36,859 bases of DNA, from the IMG/VR virus record IMGVR_UViG_2541047855_000003; one strand, written 5' to 3'. Positions 17,971-25,884 of this stretch are shown here, one piece after another (position 1 is the stretch's first letter; the number at the start of each line of letters is the position of its first letter). This stretch comes from a virus. Lineage: Duplodnaviria; Heunggongvirae; Uroviricota; Caudoviricetes. The notes beneath the pieces were generated by a model that was not told where the DNA came from, ran no database searches, and was given only the letters and a program-made list of their open reading frames with translations. The position numbers and the translations under genes were made by a program.

Positions 17971-18359
17971 GCAACACATTTAAATTCAGCAGCCGGAGCG
18001 AAAAGAATTTGCAGGGCGTAAATCCTGATCTGATGAAAGTGACCCGACGGGCACTGGAAATTTCGGAAGTGGATTTTGGTATCACCGAAGGGTTGCGCAG
18101 CCGTTACCGCCAGAAGCAACTTGTGGCCACAGGTAAGAGCCAGACCATGAACAGCCGCCACCTTACGGGACATGCCGTGGATGTTGTGGCTTATATCGGC
18201 AGCCAGGTGTCATGGGAATGGCCGCTGTACGAAAAAATCGCAGCAGCATTCAGACAGGCCAGCCGGGAACTGAATATTCCGGTGGAATGGGGCGGCGACT
18301 GGAAGACCCTGAAAGACGGACCACATTTTCAGTTACCACACGGAGCCTATCCGGCATGA
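17967..18359 (+). CDS. Endolysin, peptidase M15-type (L-alanyl-D-glutamate peptidase-like)
   Basis: 130 aa with HLTGHAVDV metal-binding-like motif; position in the lysis cassette. Confidence 0.75.
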   Translation: MSNTFKFSSRSEKNLQGVNPDLMKVTRRALEISEVDFGITEGLRSRYRQKQLVATGKSQTMNSRHLTGHAVDVVAYIGSQVSWEWPLYEKIAAAFRQASRELNIPVEWGGDWKTLKDGPHFQLPHGAYPA

Positions 18360-18763
18360 AGCTCTGGCCCACGCTGGGTGTCGCTTTCCTTCTGATTGCC
18401 GCATGGGGAACATCCATGCGTCTGTCATGGTCGCTTGGCCGGGAGAACGCCAGAAACGAAGCACAGGCCAGCACCCTGAAAAGTACCGTCGACACACTGA
18501 ATATCATCAGTGCCGGGGTACAGGATATGCAGCAGGTGCTGGCGCAACTCCGCGTGGAAAATCAACAGCGAAATCAGGACGGAGAGGCCAGACGTGAACA
18601 GCTACGCAACGATATTGCAAAAGATGAATGCGCCCACGCTTTGCCTGACGCTCGTTTTACTGACAGGTTGCGCAGGCACGCAGAACGCGCCACGGCCAGC
18701 GCCGTCAGTCCGGCTTATACCGCAGATGCTGACCATTCCGGTAACGCCGCCCCCCTTCCCTGA
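18356..18763 (+). CDS. i-spanin (Rz/LysB-like)
   Basis: N-terminal TM helix (MKLWPTLGVAFLLIAAWG) then charged coiled-coil-like region; ATG overlaps the endolysin stop. Confidence 0.7.
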   Translation: MKLWPTLGVAFLLIAAWGTSMRLSWSLGRENARNEAQASTLKSTVDTLNIISAGVQDMQQVLAQLRVENQQRNQDGEARREQLRNDIAKDECAHALPDARFTDRLRRHAERATASAVSPAYTADADHSGNAAPLP

Positions 18764-18914
18764 CCCTCCCACATGGGGAAATCTCGGTATATGGGGCGAC
18801 CGCCTTCTGGATGCACTGGAAACCTGTAACGCGGATAAACGGGCCATTGAATTACTGGAACAGCGCAGGCTGCAACGACTGAACAACGAGGACAACAACC
18901 ATGCTGAAAACTGA
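18624..18914 (+). CDS. o-spanin lipoprotein (Rz1/LysC-like), overlapping the i-spanin in another frame
   Basis: Signal plus lipobox MNAPTLCLTLVLLTGCAG and proline-rich stretch PPPFPDPP. Confidence 0.7.
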   Translation: MNAPTLCLTLVLLTGCAGTQNAPRPAPSVRLIPQMLTIPVTPPPFPDPPTWGNLGIWGDRLLDALETCNADKRAIELLEQRRLQRLNNEDNNHAEN

Positions 18915-19368
18915 TTCCCTGCGTGAAGCCATGACCCGTTCATGCCGATGGTGTCAGGCTAACCCGGAAAAATTCACCATTTTCGTGGAGAGCGGCAACA
19001 TTGAAACGACCGGAGAAACGCCCTCGTTTGTTTACCGCTATCAGATGGTGATGTTTGTCATGGATTACGCCGGAGAGCTGGACGACCTCACGCTACCGCT
19101 GCTGGCGTGGTTATCCGAAAATCAGCCACAGTTGTTGCTCAATCCGGAGCGTAATCAGGACATCAAATTTTCCGCCGTTATCAATGACGATGACAGCGCC
19201 GATCTCCTGTTTACGCTCCCCCTGCGGGAACGCGTTCGCATCACGCGCAACAGTCAGGGCACACCGCAGGCAGAACACCTGCCGGAGCCAAAACCCCGTC
19301 TGCCCTCTTCCGAAGGCGACTGGTCGCATGTATTCCAGGATGTGACGTGGGGTGAAAGCGATGGATAA
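18901..19368 (+). CDS. R: Tail completion protein R (gpR-like)
   Basis: 155 aa immediately after the lysis cassette, as in P2. Confidence 0.75.
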   Translation: MLKTDSLREAMTRSCRWCQANPEKFTIFVESGNIETTGETPSFVYRYQMVMFVMDYAGELDDLTLPLLAWLSENQPQLLLNPERNQDIKFSAVINDDDSADLLFTLPLRERVRITRNSQGTPQAEHLPEPKPRLPSSEGDWSHVFQDVTWGESDG

Positions 19369-19996
19369 GGCATTCATCCGCGTGGATGAAACCTTTGAGG
19401 CCATCCGCGACAGCCTGAATCAGCAGGCCATCAATAACATCGCCAGAAAGCTGGCACAGGATTTACGCCGCGTCCAGCAGGCGCGCATCCGGTCACAGAA
19501 AGCGCCGGACGGGACCGCATGGACACCACGCAGACGCCGCGTAACCCGGATACAGGAGCGCATTCGCTTTATCTGGAATAACGAAGCACGCACGCTGAAA
19601 AACTGGCATCACGACACGGGGAAATACGGGCGAACCATCACCGGGTGGGATGAGGATAAAAACAGCATCCGCACGTTTTACCGGGATGACATCGACCGCT
19701 TTCTGGAAATACGCACCCGGCGCATCAACCAGGACAGCACAAAGCGCGTCCCCATGTTTGTAAAACTGCGCACCGCCCGCTACCTGAAAGCCCGTGCAGA
19801 TGCTTCCGGTGTGACGGTGGGTTACAGCGGCGTGGCCGCACGTATTGCACGCGTTCATCAGTTCGGTGAGCGCGATCAGGTTGCGCCGGGCATTTTCACC
19901 GATTACCCGGTACGTGAGCTGTTGGGCATCAGTCAGGCAGATGAGCGCCTGATTTATAACTCTGTGCTGGGCCGGATTGCGGAGGTTGTACGGTGA
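19361..19996 (+). CDS. S: Tail completion / virion morphogenesis protein S
   Basis: Position between R and V; about 211 aa (longer than P2 S). Confidence 0.7.
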   Translation: MDKAFIRVDETFEAIRDSLNQQAINNIARKLAQDLRRVQQARIRSQKAPDGTAWTPRRRRVTRIQERIRFIWNNEARTLKNWHHDTGKYGRTITGWDEDKNSIRTFYRDDIDRFLEIRTRRINQDSTKRVPMFVKLRTARYLKARADASGVTVGYSGVAARIARVHQFGERDQVAPGIFTDYPVRELLGISQADERLIYNSVLGRIAEVVR

Positions 19997-20574
19997 GCGC
20001 AGAACTCATGCGACTGCTGAGCAATATCATCCGCACCGGGATCATCTCTGAAGTTGATGAGGAATCCTGGTGCGTGCGCGTTCGCAGCGGCGAACTGGAA
20101 ACAGGCTGGCTGCGCTGGAACACCACGCGCGCGGGTGCCTTCAATGTGTGGTTGCCGCCATCACCCGGCGAACAGGTGGTAATTGCCTGCATCGGCGGCA
20201 ACCCGGAAACCGCCATGATAATTGGCAGTCTGTGGAGTGATGCCATTCCGGCACCCGGCAAAAGCCTGAAAGAAATCGTGGTCAGCGCGCCGGATGGCGC
20301 GGTGTTCCGCTACGACGCGGACGCAGGCGCACTGAGCGCCAGCGGCATGAAAACGGCCACTTTGCAGGCATCCGTCAGCGTGACACTGGATACGCCCGTC
20401 GTGGAATGCACAAACCTTCTGAAAACAGCCGAGATTGACGTCACAAAAGGGGGAAAGATGAGCGGCAATATCACGCACAGCGGCGGCGATTTCACCTCAA
20501 ACGGCATCACAGTGCATACGCATAAGCACGGTGGCGTTAAAGGTGGCAGCGATTCGACAGGAGGCCCGCAGTGA
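19993..20574 (+). CDS. V: Baseplate assembly/spike protein V
   Basis: 193 aa; synteny before W-J-I; start overlaps the S stop. Confidence 0.85.
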   Translation: MSAELMRLLSNIIRTGIISEVDEESWCVRVRSGELETGWLRWNTTRAGAFNVWLPPSPGEQVVIACIGGNPETAMIIGSLWSDAIPAPGKSLKEIVVSAPDGAVFRYDADAGALSASGMKTATLQASVSVTLDTPVVECTNLLKTAEIDVTKGGKMSGNITHSGGDFTSNGITVHTHKHGGVKGGSDSTGGPQ

Positions 20575-20921
20575 CAACCCGCTACACAGGAATGAACCCG
20601 GACGGAACGGGAAACCTGAACGATATGGAGCACCTGAAACAGTCAGTCAGGGACATCCTGACCACCCCGCTGGCAAGCCGGGTTATGCGACGGGAATATG
20701 GCAGCCTTGTGCCTGATTTGATTGACGAACCCATGAATAACACCACGCGTCTGCAATGCATGAGTGCTGCCGTGATTGCGCTGACACGATGGGAACCCCG
20801 CATTGCCCTGGATGCCATCGACGTTGTCTGGAAAGCGGGAGGCCGCGCCGGGGTGACGCTGTCGGGCACTGTCATGCAGACCATGCAGAATGTTGAATTA
20901 ACCATCACGCTGAGGGAGTAA
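20571..20921 (+). CDS. W: Baseplate wedge protein W (gp25-like)
   Basis: 116 aa between V and J; size and position match gpW. Confidence 0.85.
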   Translation: MTTRYTGMNPDGTGNLNDMEHLKQSVRDILTTPLASRVMRREYGSLVPDLIDEPMNNTTRLQCMSAAVIALTRWEPRIALDAIDVVWKAGGRAGVTLSGTVMQTMQNVELTITLRE

Positions 20922-20924
20922 ATC

Positions 20925-21821
20925 ATGCCCGCCGTTGACCTTTCCCAGTTACCGGAACCCGCCATCATCGCGGAGCCTGATTTTGAGGCAATTCTGGCTG
21001 ACACAAAGGCCATGATGATTGCAGCTTATCCCGCCGAACAGCGTGAAGCCGTTTCCGCCGCGCTGGAGCTGGAATCGGAACCCCTGAACGTTATCGCCCA
21101 GACAACAGCGTTTCGTGAAATGCTGTTACGCCAGCGGGTTAACGAGGGGGCACGCGCCTGCATGTTAAGCCACAGCGCCGGAACAGACCTGGACAACCTC
21201 GCGGGCAATATGAACACAAAGCGCCTGGTTATCACTCCGGCAACGGATACCACCGACGCGGTGATGGAGAGCGACACCTCGCTGAGACTGCGGGCGCAGC
21301 GGGCGTACGACGGCCTGAGTGTTGCTGGCCCGTCAGGTGCATACGAGTATTTTGCCCGCAGCGCCAGCGGTCTGGTGCGTGATGCGCGGGCTATCAGTCC
21401 GTCTCCGGCAAATGTGACGGTTTCCATCCTGTCCACTGAAGGCGACGGCACAGCAACGGAGGCGTTGCTTAATACCGTTCGCGCCGTTCTGAATGCAGAG
21501 GATACCCGCCCGGTGGCCGACCGCCTGACCGTACAGAGCGCCAGAATCGTGACATGGCGGCTGAATGCAAAACTGTACTTTTACCCCGGTCCGGAATCCG
21601 AACCTATTCTGGCGGCGGCGGAATCGTCGTTCAGGAAGTGGCTGGCTGAGCAGGGGCTTATCGGTCAGGACGTGGCGTTGTCCGCCATTGCTGCCGCACT
21701 GCATGTGCACGGTGTGCAACGCGTGGAGATAATCGAACCCACACAGAATATGGCCATCAGCGACATACAGGCGGCGCGCTGTGAGTCATTCACCATCAGC
21801 GAAGGTGGGCGCAATGAGTAA
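20925..21821 (+). CDS. J: Baseplate assembly protein J
   Basis: 298 aa; synteny W-J-I. Confidence 0.85.
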   Translation: MPAVDLSQLPEPAIIAEPDFEAILADTKAMMIAAYPAEQREAVSAALELESEPLNVIAQTTAFREMLLRQRVNEGARACMLSHSAGTDLDNLAGNMNTKRLVITPATDTTDAVMESDTSLRLRAQRAYDGLSVAGPSGAYEYFARSASGLVRDARAISPSPANVTVSILSTEGDGTATEALLNTVRAVLNAEDTRPVADRLTVQSARIVTWRLNAKLYFYPGPESEPILAAAESSFRKWLAEQGLIGQDVALSAIAAALHVHGVQRVEIIEPTQNMAISDIQAARCESFTISEGGRNE

Positions 21822-22344
21822 TTCACTGTTACCGCCATCAGCCAGCAGTTTCATGCGTTGTGCCGAAGCCGTCGGAACACGCATTACAGACATTCCGGTA
21901 GACCTCAACACGCTGTGGTCGCCGGACACCTGCCCGGTGCACCTGCTGCCTTATCTCGCCTGGGCATTTTCCGTTGACCGCTGGGATCGCAACTGGCCGG
22001 AAGAGACAAAACGACAGGTGATTCGTGATGCATGGCTGATACACCGACACAAAGGGACCATCTGCGCACTGCGCCGGGCCATTGAGCCGCTGGGATACCT
22101 CATTCGTGTGTCTGAGTGGTGGGAGTTCGGCGGAGAACCGGGAACATTTACCGTTGAAGTCGGCACGCTGGACAGTGGTGTGACCGAGGAAATGTATCTG
22201 GAAATGGAGCGGTTGATTGCTGATGCCCGCCCGGTCAGCCGCCACATGACAGGGCTGAATATCATTCAGGAGATTCAGGGAGATATTTTCGCGGCGGCAG
22301 CAACTTACGACGGCGAAGTCATTACCATTTATCCGGACGATTAA
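21814..22344 (+). CDS. I: Baseplate/tail formation protein I
   Basis: Motif HLLPYLAWAFSVDRWD resembles gpI; ATG 21814 overlaps the J 3' end. Confidence 0.85.
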   Translation: MSNSLLPPSASSFMRCAEAVGTRITDIPVDLNTLWSPDTCPVHLLPYLAWAFSVDRWDRNWPEETKRQVIRDAWLIHRHKGTICALRRAIEPLGYLIRVSEWWEFGGEPGTFTVEVGTLDSGVTEEMYLEMERLIADARPVSRHMTGLNIIQEIQGDIFAAAATYDGEVITIYPDD

Positions 22345-22346
22345 GC

Positions 22347-24806
22347 ATGAGTACCACAACACGAAAATTTAAAACCGTTATCACCGATACGGGTGCCAAA
22401 AAATTAGCTCAGGCAGCCGCGCCAGATGGTAAGCCTGTCCGCCTGACTCATATGGCCGTGGGCGACGGTGGCGGTACATTGCCCACACCAGACAGTAAGC
22501 AGACCCGTCTGGTGCATGAGGTGTGGCGACATACTGTTAATCGCATCATCCTGGACGCAACACATCAGAACCGCATTATTGCAGAGCTGGTTATTCCTCC
22601 TGAAACGGGCGGATTCTGGATCCGGGAAATTGGTGTGTTTGATGAGCACGGCGATTTGATCGCGGTGGGCAATACTGCCGAAAGTTACAAGCCAGCCGTT
22701 GCCGAAGGGTCCGGACGTGCACAAACATTTCGCACCATTCTGACCGTATCCAGCACTGCCACCGTGGCGCTTACCGTGGATAACACCATGGTTATGGCCA
22801 CAGTGGATTACGTGAATGACAAACTGAAAGAACATGAACAGTCACGACGTCATCCGGACGCCTCGCTGACCGCAAAAGGCTTTGTTCAACTCAGTAGCGC
22901 CACCAACAGCACGTCTGAAGCACTGGCCGCAACGCCGAAAGCGGTCAAGGCAGCCTATGACCTTGCTAACGGGAAATATACCGCACAGGACGCCACTACA
23001 GCGCGAAAAGGTCTTGTCCAGCTCAGTAGTGCCACCAACAGCACGTCTGAAACGCTCGCCGCAACACCAAAAGCGGTAAAGGCCGCGTATGACCTTGCTA
23101 ACGGGAAATACACTGCACAGGACGCCACCACAGCGCGAAAAGGTCTTGTCCAGCTCAGTAGCGTCACCAACAGCGATTCTGAAACGCTCGCCGCAACACC
23201 AAAAGCGGTTAAGGCAGCGTATGATCTTGCTAACGAAAAATATACCGCACAGGACGCCACCACAGCGCGAAAAGGCCTTGTTCAGCTCAGTAGCGCCACC
23301 AACAGCGATTCTGAAACGCTGGCGGCAACGCCAAAGGCGGTTAAGACAGCGTATGACCTTGCTAACGGGAAATACACTGCACAGGATGCCACCACGGCGC
23401 GGAAAGGTCTTGTTCAGCTTAATAGTGCCATCAACAGCGATTCTGAAACGCTGGCTGCAACACCAAAAGCGGTGAAGTCTGCCTATGACAATGCTGAAAA
23501 ACGTCTTCAGAAAGATCAGAACGGTGCGGATATTCCGGGAAAGGATACCTTCACGAAAAATATCGGTGCCTGTCGTGCTTATAGCGGTGCTTTGAGCACT
23601 GAATCCGGAAACTGGACAACCGCTCAGTTTATTGAATGGCTGGATTCCCGTGGTGCATTTAATCATCCGTACTGGATGTGCAAAGGCTCCTGGTCATATG
23701 CAAATAACAAAATCATTACGGATACCGGATGTGGTGATATCCACCTGGCTGGTTGTGTCGTCGAGGTCATGGGAACTAAATCTGCAATCACTATCCGAGT
23801 GACCACGCCGACAACATCAAGCGGTGGCGGTACAACCAGCGCGCAATTCACTTACATAAATCATGGGGACGGCTACTCCCCCGGCTGGCGTCGTGACTGG
23901 AATCGTCAGGGCGACGCAATGACCGGAACGATTAATCAGGATGGCGGAAGCCAGAATGCCTATATGTCTACGGCCTTATGTTCAGGCACCAGAGGCGGCA
24001 AAAAATATCTCAGAAAGTTTCGTGGTGGAGAAGGAGACACTATCTGGCATGAAACAGTACAGGCTGGGGTAATTCGCTGGGCGACAGGTAATACTGATGC
24101 TCAGGAAGAATTATCACTCAGCTCCGCTTATGGTCTCCGTTCTAGAGGTGAAATTACATCACTCAGTGCTAATGGTCTGCGCATTGCTTATGGCAATTAT
24201 GGATTCTTTATCAGGAATGATGGTGGCAGCACATATTTAATGCTGACGACCTCTGGCGATAAATTTGGGACATGGAACGGTTTAAGGCCGCTGACTATCA
24301 ATAACGCTAATGGCGGAGTGTCAATGGGGCATGGCCTGAGTGTTACTGGTGATATTGTCTCAAGTACCAAAGTACGTGCCGGTAGCGGGAAAAAACTCAC
24401 GGTCAGCAGCAGTAATACATCCACGAAGGAAGCCGCATTCAATTTGTGGGGAAACTCAAGTCGCCCGGTGGTAGCTGAATTAGGTGATGATGCAGGCTGG
24501 CATTTTTACAGCCAAAGAAATACAGATAACAGCATCACTTTTGCTGTTAACGGGCAGGTATCACCATCTAACTATGGCAACTTTGATTCACGTTATGTCC
24601 GGGATATTAGACTTGGTGGTGCGTCATCCTATAAACCAGCAAATAACGGGACAACATGGACGCATCAGACTCCATCTGGTTGCGCGTATACCGGGATAAT
24701 TGTTCAGGATACAGGCTCAAATTCTGCCGATAATATTGGTGGTGTTTATTACAGACCAATTCAAAAAAATATTAATGGCACATGGTATAACGTATCGAGT
24801 GTTTGA
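22347..24806 (+). CDS. H: Tail fibre protein H with internal tandem repeats and divergent C-terminal receptor-binding region
   Basis: N-terminus MSTTTRKFKTVITDTGAKKLAQA... is gpH-like; 819 aa; five in-frame 44-aa repeats; C-terminal third is lower-GC. Confidence 0.9.
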   Translation: MSTTTRKFKTVITDTGAKKLAQAAAPDGKPVRLTHMAVGDGGGTLPTPDSKQTRLVHEVWRHTVNRIILDATHQNRIIAELVIPPETGGFWIREIGVFDEHGDLIAVGNTAESYKPAVAEGSGRAQTFRTILTVSSTATVALTVDNTMVMATVDYVNDKLKEHEQSRRHPDASLTAKGFVQLSSATNSTSEALAATPKAVKAAYDLANGKYTAQDATTARKGLVQLSSATNSTSETLAATPKAVKAAYDLANGKYTAQDATTARKGLVQLSSVTNSDSETLAATPKAVKAAYDLANEKYTAQDATTARKGLVQLSSATNSDSETLAATPKAVKTAYDLANGKYTAQDATTARKGLVQLNSAINSDSETLAATPKAVKSAYDNAEKRLQKDQNGADIPGKDTFTKNIGACRAYSGALSTESGNWTTAQFIEWLDSRGAFNHPYWMCKGSWSYANNKIITDTGCGDIHLAGCVVEVMGTKSAITIRVTTPTTSSGGGTTSAQFTYINHGDGYSPGWRRDWNRQGDAMTGTINQDGGSQNAYMSTALCSGTRGGKKYLRKFRGGEGDTIWHETVQAGVIRWATGNTDAQEELSLSSAYGLRSRGEITSLSANGLRIAYGNYGFFIRNDGGSTYLMLTTSGDKFGTWNGLRPLTINNANGGVSMGHGLSVTGDIVSSTKVRAGSGKKLTVSSSNTSTKEAAFNLWGNSSRPVVAELGDDAGWHFYSQRNTDNSITFAVNGQVSPSNYGNFDSRYVRDIRLGGASSYKPANNGTTWTHQTPSGCAYTGIIVQDTGSNSADNIGGVYYRPIQKNINGTWYNVSSV
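22862..23496 (+). repeat. In-frame tandem repeat array inside H (about 4.8 copies of a 132-bp / 44-aa unit)
   Basis: Unit TAQDATTARKGLVQLSSATNS(T/D)SETLAATPKAVKAAYDLANGKY repeats with a few substitutions; period checked as 132 nt between recurring AAAAGG anchors. Confidence 0.9.
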
Positions 24807-25342
24807 TTATGATGCATTTAAAAAATATAAAACCGGGCAATCCAAAAACCAAAGAACAGTACCTGTTAACTAAAAACTCCAGCGTTGTCTGGTTATTCGA
24901 TGAAGATGGTAAAAACTGGTATGATGAACAAAAGAACTTTCAACCAGATACTATAAAGATTGCATATGATGAAAATAATGTCATATGCGACGTGCAAATG
25001 GATGTAACTGCAATTTGCCCAGAAGGAAAAAGTGTTGTCGAGTTGCCCAATATCACAGCAAACCGACGTGCTGATATTTCAGGTAACTGGATGTTTAAGG
25101 ATGGCGCAGTCATTAAACGTGTGTATACCGAAGAAGAGCAACGATTGCAGGCTGAAAACCAGAAACAAAGGTTATTACAACAGGCCAGAGAAAAAACGCA
25201 GTTCTGGCAAACCCAGCTTACTTTGGGGATTATCACTGATTCAGACAGACAGCAACTGATGAACTGGATGCGATACGTGCAACAGATTGAAGCCACTGAT
25301 ACCTCTGAATTGCCCGTTACATTTCCGGAACAACCAGAATAA
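24803..25342 (+). CDS. G: Tail fibre assembly chaperone (gpG/Tfa-like)
   Basis: 179 aa directly after H, overlapping the H stop; position and size typical of Tfa chaperones. Confidence 0.8.
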   Translation: MIMMHLKNIKPGNPKTKEQYLLTKNSSVVWLFDEDGKNWYDEQKNFQPDTIKIAYDENNVICDVQMDVTAICPEGKSVVELPNITANRRADISGNWMFKDGAVIKRVYTEEEQRLQAENQKQRLLQQAREKTQFWQTQLTLGIITDSDRQQLMNWMRYVQQIEATDTSELPVTFPEQPE

Positions 25343-25375
25343 ACGATAAGACCAGAATACCGGGTCTTATCGTTT
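25343..25375. terminator. Bidirectional hairpin terminator between convergent G (+) and U (-)
   Basis: Stem ACGATAAGACC (25343-25353) / GGTCTTATCGT (25363-25373) with 9-nt loop; T-rich flanks on both strands; only about 41 bp separate the two stop codons. Confidence 0.65.
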
Positions 25376-25383
25376 CTGTTAAA

Positions 25384-25878
25384 TCAGAACAGCCCTTTAA
25401 CTGAACTGGCCGCGTTGTTAATGGATGCTGTCACCTTATCTTTGAAGCCGGACAGCATATCGCTGAACGATGAGGATTGCAGGCGCTCCCGCAAATCCTC
25501 ATCACAGCGTTCAAGGGTCAGTGAAAATTCTATCTTTTTCGCCTTACCGTAGCGATCAAACTCGGAACTGGTCGTATTCGTTCCGGTCAGGACATACATG
25601 CCGTAAATCTGCCCGACGCCATCAATAAGAGGCCAGGGGCGTCCTGTATACGCCTGCGTGGTCAGCAGCGACAGCGACACTTCGCCACCTGTAATTTCAG
25701 GATAAAGCACACCAGAAAGAACAATACGATCATCGCCTGCCCCGATATACTGCCAGCTTGCTGAACGGTTAACGCGTTCATTTTTCACATGTCGCCAGCT
25801 TTTATTTTGCTGTAACTGCTGATGCGGCAATGTGCGCAGCTCAAAAACAAACATGCCGTAGATCATCATCATGGCCAT
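25384..25878 (-). CDS. U: Tail protein U (gpU-like)
   Basis: Motifs SWRH, LSGVLYPEITGG, WPLIDGVGQIYGMY resemble gpU. Confidence 0.85.
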   Translation of the reverse strand: MAMMMIYGMFVFELRTLPHQQLQQNKSWRHVKNERVNRSASWQYIGAGDDRIVLSGVLYPEITGGEVSLSLLTTQAYTGRPWPLIDGVGQIYGMYVLTGTNTTSSEFDRYGKAKKIEFSLTLERCDEDLRERLQSSSFSDMLSGFKDKVTASINNAASSVKGLF

Positions 25879-25884
25879 GACTCC

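Noticed and set aside
22862-23496. Possible CRISPR array suggested by regularly spaced repeats
   Set aside because: Repeats are 132-bp contiguous tandem units translated in-frame within the tail fibre ORF, with no unique spacers and no cas genes.
22842-23666. 274-aa ORF on the minus strand with internal repeats
   Set aside because: Antisense shadow of the tail fibre H tandem repeat array; its repetitiveness simply mirrors the sense-strand repeats.
22347-25342. Invertase-driven tail fibre switching (Mu/P1-type G-segment)
   Set aside because: No Gin/Cin/Hin-type recombinase gene and no inverted duplicate of the fibre C-terminus or tfa in the window.
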